64,000 nucleotides of DNA, from NCBI GenBank assembly GCA_050246755.1, contig JBFWVL010000002.1, positions 328,207 through 392,206 of the forward strand, written 5' to 3'. The DNA comes from Bacteriovoracia bacterium (GTDB lineage: Bacteria > Bdellovibrionota > UBA1018 > CAIPTA01). The notes beneath the pieces were generated by a model that saw nothing but the letters and a program-made list of their open reading frames with translations, ran no database searches and was not told the origin of the DNA. The position numbers and the translations under genes are program-made. This document shows, piece by piece, positions 11,240 through 21,685 of the stretch; positions within the stretch are counted from its first letter, which is position 1, and the number at the start of each line of letters is the position of its first letter.

Positions 11240-12271
11240 TTAAATCCTATTAGGATTTATATAAGACGGTTTGCTCGTAGAATAATGTCGCAAACGGTTT
11301 CTGCATGCTTCCTTTGAATACTGGATGCGCCCCTCTTTGTTCAGGATTTGCTTGATCAAAGTTAATAGGGCTATTTTTAAGGTTTTCTCATTCTGAATAT
11401 TGCCGTCTTCTGCCTGAGCATAAAGCCGATCTAATCCTTTCGGTTCCTTACCTTGGAAGACTTCAAGCCAACGGGAAGGTGGCGTATAAGAGACGACTCT
11501 TTGGCCCGACTTATACCTAATTAGATCACGCACCACTTCATCGTAAATCTCCGCGGTTCCGTAAGAGAAGCTGTCTATCGTAGAAGATTCGTTAAATATA
11601 AACTCTCGATATCTTATTTTTGCCGCCACTCCTCCTTCCGGAGGAACGCCATACTTGTGGGCAACGAAAGGTGTGCCTTCTTTCATTTTGAACCTAATAA
11701 GATAGGGACCGTACCCATACGTAGATACCGCTGAACCTGAAGTAAAAATGAATCCGCCAGGAATGTCTGGGTTGACCCAGTGAGGCCAGGTAGCATTGTC
11801 GGCTAGGTTGCGTGAGACCGCCTGCATTTTCGCTAAAGATCCCCAGCTATATAGAGTATCCGGCTTGCACCTTTCCGGTAAGGCCTCTCCAACCTCTAGC
11901 TTTAGTTTTTCCATGGGAGCAGTCTCGCAGGCGAAAATCGCGGGATCCGGTAATGATTTATTGAAATCGGCTGGATACCAAAGCTTTAAAAAATCTTCTA
12001 ACGGCGCTGAGGCTCCCCGAGACAGGAGTTTTTGAAAATATTTGTAATTTGGTGAAGAATCAGCGGCGATGGGCCCTAAGTTTTCTTCGCAAGCTTCCTC
12101 GGAAAAGTTTTGCTTTTCAACTTCACAGACTGGAGTGGCGGATACCGATCCTTGATTAATTTTTTCGAGATGAAAAAGGGCGCTTTTGATTTCGTCGGCA
12201 GCAAAGGCAAAATGCCCAAAGTAGTAGCTGCTAGTTATTAGAAAAATTGAAATTGTTCGAAAACAGCGCAC
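11240..12271 (-). CDS. Secreted hypothetical protein, possible ADP-ribosyltransferase-like fold
   Basis: Signal peptide ending AFA; LYSWG / FIFTSGSAVSTYGYG / LIRF / YREFIF pattern; visibly AT-richer than flanks. Confidence 0.4.
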   Translation of the reverse strand: MRCFRTISIFLITSSYYFGHFAFAADEIKSALFHLEKINQGSVSATPVCEVEKQNFSEEACEENLGPIAADSSPNYKYFQKLLSRGASAPLEDFLKLWYPADFNKSLPDPAIFACETAPMEKLKLEVGEALPERCKPDTLYSWGSLAKMQAVSRNLADNATWPHWVNPDIPGGFIFTSGSAVSTYGYGPYLIRFKMKEGTPFVAHKYGVPPEGGVAAKIRYREFIFNESSTIDSFSYGTAEIYDEVVRDLIRYKSGQRVVSYTPPSRWLEVFQGKEPKGLDRLYAQAEDGNIQNEKTLKIALLTLIKQILNKEGRIQYSKEACRNRLRHYSTSKPSYINPNRI

Positions 12272-12447
12272 TGATTTCTAATCGGGTCTAACTCTTAAAA
12301 CAGTGAGATTAAAAAACCGAGCGCCGCCGGTAACGTGTGAGAACTAGCCCACTTGATTGGTTCTATGCGGGCTTATTCCACAAGGCCTTGAGGCGATTGT
12401 ATAATTAAAAAAGCCCAGGGATGCCGAGGGAATTTAAGTACATGACG

Positions 12448-12478
12448 AAAAAAGAGCCACGGCATATAACCGTGGCTC
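12448..12478 (-). terminator. Rho-independent terminator after STAS gene
   Basis: GAGCCACGG-7 nt-CCGTGGCTC perfect 9-bp stem followed by T6 on the minus strand. Confidence 0.8.
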
Positions 12479-12504
12479 CTGCGTAATGGCTGCTACTAAG
12501 AAAT

Positions 12505-12870
12505 CTAGTGGCTCTCGGCGATGCCGGGGCGGAAGAAACCATCCACGGCCGCTTCTCTGGTCTCATGAATGAAAAATTCACGGTTGAGGTCGTAGGCGTT
12601 GATGATTTTTCGGAACTCGCTCTTCACGTTGCACAGGTGGGGAACCACCATGCCGCGTTCTTGAAGCTCGTAGAGTGAACGAATGAAGTGAGTGATGCCG
12701 CTCGAGCCCACGAAGCTCAGGCCTTCCATGTCCACAATCACGCGCTTGCCCTGACGGGTCAGCGAAATGATGCTCTCGCGAAGGATATCCTGGTTTTCAA
12801 AATCCAGTTTCCCCTCGAGGGCAATGACGGTTACTTCACCTTGGTTTAATAGACTAGCTCTCAATGACAT
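12505..12870 (-). CDS. STAS-domain anti-sigma factor antagonist
   Basis: LEGKLDF, VDMEGLSFVGSSGI phosphoserine motif. Confidence 0.85.
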   Translation of the reverse strand: MSLRASLLNQGEVTVIALEGKLDFENQDILRESIISLTRQGKRVIVDMEGLSFVGSSGITHFIRSLYELQERGMVVPHLCNVKSEFRKIINAYDLNREFFIHETREAAVDGFFRPGIAESH

Positions 12871-12954
12871 GTGACTTCCCTCCATGGCTGTCACGCGACC
12901 GATATGTGGGAAAGTATTGCTACCTTCCGTAGGAAAAGTATAAAGGAAGTGGAT

Positions 12955-13815
12955 ATGAAAGACCAAGCAGAAGATCGCCTGGCTCCGGGCCTTTATATGG
13001 TGGCAACTCCGATCGGGAATCTCGAAGACCTGAGTTTTCGCGCGCTTAGGACCCTAAAACAGGCCGATTGGATCGCGGCCGAAGATACCCGGGAAACAAA
13101 GAAATTATTAAACGCCTACGATTTAGTAACCGCTACCGTTTCGCTCCACGAACATTCCGGGCCGCGTAAAGTGGCCGAATTGGTGGAAAGGCTTAAAACG
13201 GGGGGTACTGGCGCTTACGTGAGCGATGCGGGCACTCCCGGGATTTCCGACCCTGGTGCCGAGCTGGCGGCGGCGGCGCGGGCAGCCGGAATTTCCGTCT
13301 ATCCCGTGCCGGGAGCCTCGGCGCCGGTAGCGCTGCTTTCCATAGCGGGATTCAACGAAACGGCGTTTGCGTTTCACGGATTTTTTCCGCGAGAAAATGC
13401 CGCGCGAAAAGAATGGCTAGAGAAAGCTTCTCTCGGAGGCGTACACGTTTTCTTTGAAAGCCCGTACCGCATTGTGGAAACCCTGCTTTTCCTCGAAAAA
13501 GAGAAACCCGAAGCGGAATTAATCGTGGGCCGCGAGCTCACCAAAAAATTCGAGACGGTCACGGCGGGTAACGCCGGCGCAGTGGCGGAAATCTTGCGCA
13601 AAGAAGAGGGACGCGGCGAATACGTGATCGGCCTGAAACTTCCCGTTCCGCCTCCCGAAAGCGAAGAGGATCTCGCCGAAAAAACCTCCATCCTGCTCCG
13701 GGAATTGGCCGAGCTGGGCGGCAATCAAAAACTGCTCACTCGAGTGGCCATGAGCCACGGCCTGCCTAAAAACCGGGCCTACGCCCTCAGCCTCGAAATT
13801 CTAAAAAAACCTTAG
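12955..13815 (+). CDS. rsmI: 16S rRNA C1402 2'-O-methyltransferase
   Basis: LYMVATPIGNLED, AEDTR, SDAGTPGISDPG, FESPYR, RELTKKFE. Confidence 0.95.
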   Translation: MKDQAEDRLAPGLYMVATPIGNLEDLSFRALRTLKQADWIAAEDTRETKKLLNAYDLVTATVSLHEHSGPRKVAELVERLKTGGTGAYVSDAGTPGISDPGAELAAAARAAGISVYPVPGASAPVALLSIAGFNETAFAFHGFFPRENAARKEWLEKASLGGVHVFFESPYRIVETLLFLEKEKPEAELIVGRELTKKFETVTAGNAGAVAEILRKEEGRGEYVIGLKLPVPPPESEEDLAEKTSILLRELAELGGNQKLLTRVAMSHGLPKNRAYALSLEILKKP

Positions 13816-13893
13816 TAATTACCTGATATTCGGGAAAGAAATTGCCTATCTATTGGCTTTACTCGGGCACCTTTCGCACCGTAAAATTATAGG

Positions 13894-16233
13894 GTGAGGG
13901 TGTTGGCCATGGATTGGCGCGCAAAGTTAGCAAGGATGCTGGTTCTATCGCCGCGTAAAATTGCGGGTACTCTTCTATTCTGCTTCCTCTCGCTCATCGG
14001 CATTCGCCACACGTTTCATGCCTGGCAGCTCATCGATTCCGAAGTAAAAAAAGGCTACGACGCCGAAGAGCAATTCGATGATTTTTTCCCCATCCTTAAG
14101 TGGGTAGAGCGCACGGACTACGACCTTCACTTGCGGGCGCACCAGCATGGCAAGCCCAATCCAAATGTAGCGGTGATTGAAATCAACGAGCGGTCCATTC
14201 AGGGCATAGGCCAGTTTCCCTTCGCCAGAAGCGTCTACGGGCAACTCATCGATAAGCTCCAGAGGGCCGGCGCGAAGGTGGTGGCCTTCGATATGTTTTT
14301 TTCCGAAGCCGAACGCAACGAAGCTTTGTCCGAGCTGAAGAGGCTGCGCGCCGATCTCCCGGCCAACGAAGAAAGCATCTTTCGTAAGATCGACGCCCGC
14401 ATTCGCCTGCTCGACAGCGACCAAGAGTTCTCGCGGGTGATCCGCTCGAATAAGCTGCCGATCGTGATCGGCTTCGGGTTTGCCGGGTATAAGGGCCAAG
14501 AAAATTCCGAGGCGGACCTGGGGGCTAAGGAAAAGCGCATTTTGCAGGGCCACGCCATCCGTTCCTCGCAGGTAAACCGCGAAAACTTCGGCCTTTCAAT
14601 GTCCGACCGGATTCCCATCGTTCCGCACCGGGACATTCTAGAGAGTCTGCCGAAAAATTCGCTGGGACATATCGTTCCTGACGCCGATAACGACAGCGTG
14701 ATCCGTCAGGTGCCCGTGGTGGTGGAGTACGAAGGCGGATTCTACGGATCGCTGGCGATACAGGCGGTAGCAAAATACCTGAACTCGGGATTTACGCTGG
14801 CGCGGGAAGGCGGAGAGCTCTGGGTTCACGACGAGCACGGAAACGTGAATATCCCACTGTCGCGCAGCCGGATGCTAGCGCGCTACTACGGAGAAGAGCG
14901 CACCTTCGAGTACAAAGAATTCGTGGATGTGCTCGAAGGCAAAGTGCCGGACTCCTTTCTCAAGGATAAGATCCTATTCGTGGGTGCCACCGCCCAGGGC
15001 CTGAAAGATATCCGCTCTACGCCGTTTTCCAAGGATTACCCCGGGGTGGAAGTGCACGCCACGATCGCGAGCAATATCCTCAACGGGGAATACATGGTGC
15101 GCGATACCAGCTATTTCTACGTGGGCTACCTATTCGTGTTCGCGTTCGGCCTTTTCACCTCGTGGATCGTTTACCGTTTCCACCCGATGGTTTCTTTTTT
15201 ATCCACGATTGCCGCCGTGGTCCTGCTTCAGTTCCTCGCGCAAAAATTCTATTTTGACCGCGGGGTAGTGGTGCCCACCTTCGTGCCCACGATCGAAATG
15301 CTCTGCATTTTATTCTCCGGGATCCTCTACCGCTACTTCACCGAAGAAAAAGAGAAAAAATTCGTGCGCACGGCGTTTTCCCGCTACGTATCGGGCGCGG
15401 TGGTGGAAGAGCTCCTGAAGGATCAATCCAAACTGCAGCTCGGCGGGCAAAAGAAAGAGCTCACCGTGATGTTCAGCGATCTCGCCGGCTTCACCAAGCT
15501 TTCCGAAAAAATGGACGCGGCCTTCGTGACCCTGCTCCTCAACGAGTACTTTACCCGCATGACCCACATCGTGCTCAAAAACCACGGTACCTTGGATAAG
15601 TATATGGGAGACGGAATCATGTGCTTTTGGGGCGCCCCCCTCGACCTGCCGGACCACGCCACGCACGCCTGCCAGGCGGCGCTCGAGATGACCAAGGAAC
15701 TCGAGGCCATGAATTCCGAGTGGAAGCTTAAGCACAATATCACGGTGGGCATGCGCGTAGGCGTGCATACCGGCGACATGGCCGTGGGAAACATGGGCAG
15801 CGATAAGGTATTCAGCTATACGGTCATGGGCGATAACGTGAACCTTTGTTCGCGCCTCGAGGGCGTAAATACTATTTATGGAACCCAAGTGATCGTGAGT
15901 GGGGAGACCGCCGCGCGGGCCGCCGATAAATTTATCTTTCGCGCACTCGATATCGTGCGCGTAAAGGGCAAGGAAGAATCGGTAAATATTTTCGAGCTCG
16001 TAGATGAAAAAACGGAAAAAAATCCGGCCCGCGACGAATGGCTGCACGCCTTCAAGCTAGGCCTGCAGGCTTACCAGGCCGGACGCTGGGAAGAAGCCAC
16101 CGCCGCCTTCGGCGCCACGCTGATGCTCCGGCCCCAGGATCAAGCGGCTAAAACATTTCTCGAACGCATAGAAGAACTGCGGCGCTCGAAAGCGAAAGAA
16201 TGGGACGGAGTCTGGAAGCTCCAGTCTAAATAG
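13894..16233 (+). CDS. CHASE2-domain class III adenylate cyclase
   Basis: FPFARS, PGVEVHA (CHASE2), 3 TM, FSDLAGFT, DKYMGDGIM, YTVMGDNVNLCSRLEG; TPR-like tail. Confidence 0.93.
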   Translation: MRVLAMDWRAKLARMLVLSPRKIAGTLLFCFLSLIGIRHTFHAWQLIDSEVKKGYDAEEQFDDFFPILKWVERTDYDLHLRAHQHGKPNPNVAVIEINERSIQGIGQFPFARSVYGQLIDKLQRAGAKVVAFDMFFSEAERNEALSELKRLRADLPANEESIFRKIDARIRLLDSDQEFSRVIRSNKLPIVIGFGFAGYKGQENSEADLGAKEKRILQGHAIRSSQVNRENFGLSMSDRIPIVPHRDILESLPKNSLGHIVPDADNDSVIRQVPVVVEYEGGFYGSLAIQAVAKYLNSGFTLAREGGELWVHDEHGNVNIPLSRSRMLARYYGEERTFEYKEFVDVLEGKVPDSFLKDKILFVGATAQGLKDIRSTPFSKDYPGVEVHATIASNILNGEYMVRDTSYFYVGYLFVFAFGLFTSWIVYRFHPMVSFLSTIAAVVLLQFLAQKFYFDRGVVVPTFVPTIEMLCILFSGILYRYFTEEKEKKFVRTAFSRYVSGAVVEELLKDQSKLQLGGQKKELTVMFSDLAGFTKLSEKMDAAFVTLLLNEYFTRMTHIVLKNHGTLDKYMGDGIMCFWGAPLDLPDHATHACQAALEMTKELEAMNSEWKLKHNITVGMRVGVHTGDMAVGNMGSDKVFSYTVMGDNVNLCSRLEGVNTIYGTQVIVSGETAARAADKFIFRALDIVRVKGKEESVNIFELVDEKTEKNPARDEWLHAFKLGLQAYQAGRWEEATAAFGATLMLRPQDQAAKTFLERIEELRRSKAKEWDGVWKLQSK

Positions 16234-16241
16234 AGGTAACG

Positions 16242-17489
16242 ATGCTTAGGATTGGCAATATCAATGAAGAGCTAAACCTGCTCCAGGAGCACCTGCACGA
16301 TGCCGTGGAAAAGGGCGGCAAAAGCGGCCTTGCCAAGGCGAAAAAATTGGAGGAAGAGCTCGCCGGCATCGTGGACCGCGCCAGCCGCTACACCTCGCAG
16401 CTCGAGCAGCTCATGGAATTTTCCTCGATTTTAAATTCCACCCTCGATACGAGCCGCGTACGCGAGCTCGCGATGAAGGCCACCTGCAAGCTGCTGGAAT
16501 GCGAGGGCGCCACACTTTATCTGGTAGACGAAGAGCGAAACGAGCTCTATTTCGAAACCATCGTGGGCAGCGTGGCTTCCGAGCAGCTGAAGCAAATTCG
16601 CCTGAAAATCGATGAAAGCTCGCTCGCCGGAGCCGTGGCGATGAAACGCGCATCCATTCTCCAAAACGACGTGGCGCACGAGAAACGCCACTTCAAGAAA
16701 GCCGACGAAAAAAACCGTTTCCGCACTAAAAGCATGGTTTGCGTGGCGGTGGAAGCGAAAGGCAAGCTGCTTGGCGTGCTTCAGGCGCTCAATAAATTCG
16801 ATGGCGCATTTCTTGAGACCGACAAGCGCCTCCTGGAAACGCTCTCGCACCAAGTAGCGATCGCGGTGGAGAACGCGAAGCTCTACGAACACCTCCAGAC
16901 CCAGTTCCACGAAACCGTTTCGGCCATGGCGATGGCGATAGAGGCTAAAGATCGCTATACCGGCGGCCATACGAAACGGGTAGCATTGTTTTCTGAGCTC
17001 ATCGCTAAACATATGGGATTGAGCCGCGATCAAATCGCCGAGGTGCGGCTGAGCGCGATCCTCCATGATATCGGGAAAATCGGCATCGATGATAAAGTGC
17101 TCAAAAAAAATGCGGCCCTCGACAAAGAAGAGTGGGAGCACATGAAGCAGCATCCGGAATTCGGCTATCGCATCCTCGCCGACGTGAGCAGCATGAAAAC
17201 CATCACGGATGGCATGCGCTTCCACCACGAGCGGCCCGACGGCCATGGCTATCCACTCGGCCTCAAAGGAGAGGAGATTCCCTGGATTGCGCGCATTATC
17301 AGCGTGGCCGACACCTTCGACGCGATGACTTCCACTCGGCCCTACCGCAAAGGCCTCGACTACGAAGTGGCGTTTGAGGAAATCGTGCGTAATCGCGGCA
17401 CGCAGTTCGACGAGAAAGTGGTTGACGGTTTTATCCAAGCTTTTAAACTAGAGCGAATGGGCAAAAAACGGATCAAGGAGGAGAGTTGA
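16242..17489 (+). CDS. GAF + HD-GYP cyclic dinucleotide phosphodiesterase
   Basis: GAF with NKFDGAF..D; YTGGH, HDIGKIG, HHERPDGHGYP, DAMTSTRPYR. Confidence 0.93.
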   Translation: MLRIGNINEELNLLQEHLHDAVEKGGKSGLAKAKKLEEELAGIVDRASRYTSQLEQLMEFSSILNSTLDTSRVRELAMKATCKLLECEGATLYLVDEERNELYFETIVGSVASEQLKQIRLKIDESSLAGAVAMKRASILQNDVAHEKRHFKKADEKNRFRTKSMVCVAVEAKGKLLGVLQALNKFDGAFLETDKRLLETLSHQVAIAVENAKLYEHLQTQFHETVSAMAMAIEAKDRYTGGHTKRVALFSELIAKHMGLSRDQIAEVRLSAILHDIGKIGIDDKVLKKNAALDKEEWEHMKQHPEFGYRILADVSSMKTITDGMRFHHERPDGHGYPLGLKGEEIPWIARIISVADTFDAMTSTRPYRKGLDYEVAFEEIVRNRGTQFDEKVVDGFIQAFKLERMGKKRIKEES

Positions 17490-18244
17490 AACTCCGCGTA
17501 CTAGGGGCAGACGGTGGGGTAGCGCCCGGTTTTCAAACCACCAGCTTCCTAATCAACGACAATATCCTCATTGATGCCGGCTCGGCGGCCTCCGCGCTCA
17601 CGCTCACGGAACAGCGTAAGATCGATCAGATTTTCATTAGTCACACTCACCTCGATCACGTGAAAGACATTTGCTTCCTCGCCGACAATGTCTTCACGCA
17701 TCGCCGCAAACCCATCGAACTCATCTCCACCTTCGAAGTCCTGGAAATTTTGCGTAAGCACCTTTTCAATAATCTTATCTGGCCCGATTTTACGAAAATC
17801 TCGAACGGCCATTGCCCTATCCTTTCTTACCGTCCGATCGAAAAGAACCTGCAAATTGGCAAAATCGACGTACAAATTTACCCAGTGCATCATCCCGTTC
17901 CCGCGGTAGGCTTCATCATCAAGGAACAAGGAAAGAATAGCATTCTGATCACCGGAGACACGGGACCCACGGAAGTATTGTGGGAAGCCGCTAACCAAGA
18001 AAAGCGCCTCAAAGCGGTGCTGACCGAAATTGCTTTCCCTAACCGCCTGGAAAAAATTGCGCACCTAGCCGGACATTTCAGCCCCGCCATGTTCAAAGAC
18101 GAGATGAAAAAACTCAAAAAGCAGGTGCCACTCTTCATCTATCACTTGAAGCCCGAGTATATCAAAGAGCTCAAGGCTGAGATAAAAGCGTTGAAATTCC
18201 CGAAGCTTAAGTTAATAAGTAGTAAGCAGCGTTACACTTTTTAA
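17486..18244 (+). CDS. Class II (MBL-fold) 3',5'-cyclic nucleotide phosphodiesterase
   Basis: LIDAG, HTHLDH, TGDTGPT, GHFSP, YHLKP. Confidence 0.85.
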   Translation: MKLRVLGADGGVAPGFQTTSFLINDNILIDAGSAASALTLTEQRKIDQIFISHTHLDHVKDICFLADNVFTHRRKPIELISTFEVLEILRKHLFNNLIWPDFTKISNGHCPILSYRPIEKNLQIGKIDVQIYPVHHPVPAVGFIIKEQGKNSILITGDTGPTEVLWEAANQEKRLKAVLTEIAFPNRLEKIAHLAGHFSPAMFKDEMKKLKKQVPLFIYHLKPEYIKELKAEIKALKFPKLKLISSKQRYTF

Positions 18245-18262
18245 TGGTCTTCGAGAAAACTC

Positions 18263-19165
18263 ATGTCTTCCTTTGAAAATATAAAAACTCCCGGCATTAA
18301 GGGGAAAACCGAAGGCGAACGCACCACCCGCGTGCCTGAAGGCATGTGGTTCAAGTGCACGGCCTGCGGTGAAGTGATGGAGACGCGCGCGCTCCAGGAA
18401 AATCATTATATCTGCGTGCAGTGCAACCAGCACTTCCGTATGTCGGCCCGGGAGCGCATCTATCACCTCACCAAGGGGGCCGCGTTTGAAGAATACGGCC
18501 AAGACCTTCGTTCCTCGGATCCGCTGAAATTTTACGACCTTAAGCCATATAGTGAACGCTTAGATGCAGCTATCTTAAAGCATAACGCGAACGACGCTTT
18601 CGTGTGCGGACGCTCCGAAATCGGCGGCCTTCCCGTGCAGATCGGCGCTTTTGAATTCAAATTCATGGGCGGCTCCATGGGCACGGTAGTAGGGGAGAAG
18701 ATTACCATGACGCTCGAGCGGGCCGTACGAGAGGGCACCGGCGCCATCGTGGTGAGCGCCAGCGGCGGGGCGCGGATGCAGGAGTCGATTTTGTCCCTCA
18801 TGCAAATGGCGAAAACAAGCGCCTACGTGATGGAAATGCGCAAAGCGGGGCTTCCCTTTATCTCTCTGCTCACGGATCCCACCACCGGCGGGGTGGCCGC
18901 GAGCTTTGCTATGCTGGGCGATGTCATTTTGGCCGAGCCTAAGGCCCTCATCGGATTTGCCGGCCCCCGCGTGATCGAACAAACCATTCGCCAAAAGCTT
19001 CCCGAAGGTTTTCAGACTTCCGAATTTCTTCTTCAGCAAGGCTTCATCGACCAAGTGGTTCCCCGTGAGCGCTTGCCCGACGTGATGGCCTCTCTGCTGC
19101 AAATGATGCAGTGGAAAAAAAGCAAAACTCCCGCGCCGGAAAAAAAGAAAAAGACGAAGAAATAA
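18263..19165 (+). CDS. accD: Acetyl-CoA carboxylase carboxyltransferase beta subunit
   Basis: C4 Zn finger, FMGGSMG, SGGARMQE, DPTTGGV, GFAGPRVIEQT. Confidence 0.97.
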   Translation: MSSFENIKTPGIKGKTEGERTTRVPEGMWFKCTACGEVMETRALQENHYICVQCNQHFRMSARERIYHLTKGAAFEEYGQDLRSSDPLKFYDLKPYSERLDAAILKHNANDAFVCGRSEIGGLPVQIGAFEFKFMGGSMGTVVGEKITMTLERAVREGTGAIVVSASGGARMQESILSLMQMAKTSAYVMEMRKAGLPFISLLTDPTTGGVAASFAMLGDVILAEPKALIGFAGPRVIEQTIRQKLPEGFQTSEFLLQQGFIDQVVPRERLPDVMASLLQMMQWKKSKTPAPEKKKKTKK

Positions 19166-19200
19166 GAAGGCTTTGCTAAGATCGTTTCAAGTTAAAGCTT

Positions 19201-21678
19201 ATGACGCGATCGCTCCAAATTGCCGGCAGCTTGCTGCTTTTATTTTTATCTCCAGTCGCCTTCGGCGCCTCCTCCTTTGAGCTCGATTCGCTCCGCGAAA
19301 AACATCACGTCACGGCCGACCGCACCCTCTATCACTCCAATGAAAAAGTGTACGAAGCCTTCGGGCACGTGGTGGTAAGCTCGCACGGCCAGCGCCTCTC
19401 TGCCGACTATTTATGGGTAGACGATAATACCAAAGACATCAAAGCCCGCGGCAACGTGATCTTCGTGGACCGCACCACTACCGTGCAGGCGGCGGAGATT
19501 CACTTGAATCTTGAAACCGGCATCGGCTCGATTTTTTACGGAAAAGTTTTTAACGATCTCTACACTTTAAAAGGCCAGCTGATCCGCCGCGTGGCTGACG
19601 ATCGCTTCCTTACCACCGAGGGAGAATATACCACCTGTAAGGACTGCGCCGAATCCTGGAAGCTTTCCGCCCGCTACGTGGACCTCACCATGGAAGGCTA
19701 CGCCTTTCTCGACGGCGTATTCATCAAGATCAAGGATGTTCCAACCCTGTATATTCCCTACGTGATTCTGCCAGTGAAAACAAAGCGTCAGTCCGGATTG
19801 CTTTTTCCGCGCATGGGAGCCAATTCCAACAACGGCTTCGTGTTCGTGCAACCTGTTTTTCTTGCCATCAGTCCGCACCAAGATCTGACGCTGGGAGCGG
19901 GCCGCTATTCTACGCGAGGGCTGCGCTACGAAGGGGAGTATCGCTACCGCAGCTATAACGGCATTCACGGGCAGCTCAACTATTACCACACGGGCGATCG
20001 CCGCCCCGAAGCTCCGAAAAAATCACGCGTGGCTCTGAAGACAGAAAACGAATGGTCGTTCGCGAAAAACTTCGGCATGCGCTGGCGTGCCACCGAAGTT
20101 TTCGACCGGGAATATATTTACGATTTCCCCGAGGATATCCAGGGGCAGGGATATCCCTCGCTCGAGTCCAACGCGATCGCCACCGCTCCCTTCGACGACT
20201 TCTACGCCAGCGTGGAGGCCCGCCGTTACCGCAACATGCTCACCACCAGGAAAACCGGGTTCGACGGGGGAACGGTGCAAGCCCTGCCCACCGCACACCT
20301 AGGAATGAAGGAACGCTCGATCGCAGGCCCGCTTCTCGGCAGCTTCTATGGCCGTTATGATAACTATACTCGCCGCAACGGTCCCTTCAGCGATCAAAAC
20401 GCCAACGGGTATTTTGATCCCAACTTCAACTCCGCCGTTCAAAGCCCGGAACTGATCCGCGAAACCCGGCGCATGATTTTTTCCCCCGAAATCTCGGCGC
20501 CGTTCCGCCTCGGCCGTTACCTCAATATCGGCCCTTCGGCGCAGTACAATGAAATCCGCTACGACTTCGCGGTGCCGGTGGGGGAAGGGAAAAATCTTCC
20601 CCATACCTATACCCGCTATGTACAAACCAAGCTCGAAACCTCTACCGTTCTCGAAAAGGTGTATGAGTACGACGGTAAAGAAGTGAGCCGCGTGAAGCAC
20701 CAGCTGTCGCCCTTCGTTACTCTTTCGTATATTCCCTGGATCAGCCAGGACCAAAACCATCCGTTCCAGCAGCAGGTGAATAACCGCCCCGAAGGGCTCT
20801 TCGATCAGTACGACGCGGTTCCCGTGACGAATTCCACCAGCTTTCTGCGTTACCCGCAGGGGAAGTCCGTTTACTACGGGTTCAATAGCCGCGTGATCCG
20901 TAAGATGAAGAATTTATCAGAGATACCCCGGGAATATCCCTACGATCTTATGCCGGCGGCCAAGCCGCGTAAATATCCCAGCCCGCAGAACCGTAAGGAT
21001 GAATTATTCATCGCCAGCGAGCAACTTTGGGAAAAATACAATCCGCATTACGAAGAATACCAGGAAATCTGGAACCTGAACGTATCGCAGGCCTTCGATT
21101 TCATAGATGCCAAGCGCCACGCCGACGATCCGAAACGCGCCTTCAGTTACTTGCTGGCAAAATCCGCTTTCTCGATTCCATTTTTTCGCCACGACTTCGA
21201 ATATAAGTTTTTCCCGCGGATTTTACCGCCCGTGGCCCCCGGCGCGCCTTTTCCCGAGCCCCTGCACAATAAGCATATCTTCACCACCGGCTTAACCTGG
21301 GAATGGATCCACCTCGCTAACCTGAGGAAAACCCGTTCTTTCATCCGCAGCATTTCTCTAAACTACTCGAACTCTAGCCAGCCGAATCCCTCTCGTTCCG
21401 CATCCACAAACCTTGTTTGGTCGGTAAACGATTTCGTGGGTTTCAAGGCTGGCTACGGCTACGACCTAATGGCTTCCAAGCAGCAGACCTGGGATGCATT
21501 AGCCCAGCTCACCCATCCTTCCGAATGCTGGGGCCTCGCGTTCCGCTATAACTGGAACCGCTATCGATCTCCCAATAAGGGCGAAGTAGGGTTTGAGCTA
21601 CTCTTGAATTTAATGGGCACCGGTTTCACCGGCTTCAACCGTGAAGGCGGTTCGGGCGGCGTGTTCGGCGGCGGATAG
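19201..21678 (+). CDS. lptD: LPS-assembly protein LptD
   Basis: Signal peptide, OstA-like N-terminus, YTTC..C...W, LPVKTKRQSGLLFP, C-terminal ECW beta strands. Confidence 0.85.
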   Translation: MTRSLQIAGSLLLLFLSPVAFGASSFELDSLREKHHVTADRTLYHSNEKVYEAFGHVVVSSHGQRLSADYLWVDDNTKDIKARGNVIFVDRTTTVQAAEIHLNLETGIGSIFYGKVFNDLYTLKGQLIRRVADDRFLTTEGEYTTCKDCAESWKLSARYVDLTMEGYAFLDGVFIKIKDVPTLYIPYVILPVKTKRQSGLLFPRMGANSNNGFVFVQPVFLAISPHQDLTLGAGRYSTRGLRYEGEYRYRSYNGIHGQLNYYHTGDRRPEAPKKSRVALKTENEWSFAKNFGMRWRATEVFDREYIYDFPEDIQGQGYPSLESNAIATAPFDDFYASVEARRYRNMLTTRKTGFDGGTVQALPTAHLGMKERSIAGPLLGSFYGRYDNYTRRNGPFSDQNANGYFDPNFNSAVQSPELIRETRRMIFSPEISAPFRLGRYLNIGPSAQYNEIRYDFAVPVGEGKNLPHTYTRYVQTKLETSTVLEKVYEYDGKEVSRVKHQLSPFVTLSYIPWISQDQNHPFQQQVNNRPEGLFDQYDAVPVTNSTSFLRYPQGKSVYYGFNSRVIRKMKNLSEIPREYPYDLMPAAKPRKYPSPQNRKDELFIASEQLWEKYNPHYEEYQEIWNLNVSQAFDFIDAKRHADDPKRAFSYLLAKSAFSIPFFRHDFEYKFFPRILPPVAPGAPFPEPLHNKHIFTTGLTWEWIHLANLRKTRSFIRSISLNYSNSSQPNPSRSASTNLVWSVNDFVGFKAGYGYDLMASKQQTWDALAQLTHPSECWGLAFRYNWNRYRSPNKGEVGFELLLNLMGTGFTGFNREGGSGGVFGGG

Positions 21679-21685
21679 GAGAAAA

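Noticed and set aside
12373-12382. DnaA box / oriC
   Set aside because: Single imperfect TTATTCCACA with no cluster
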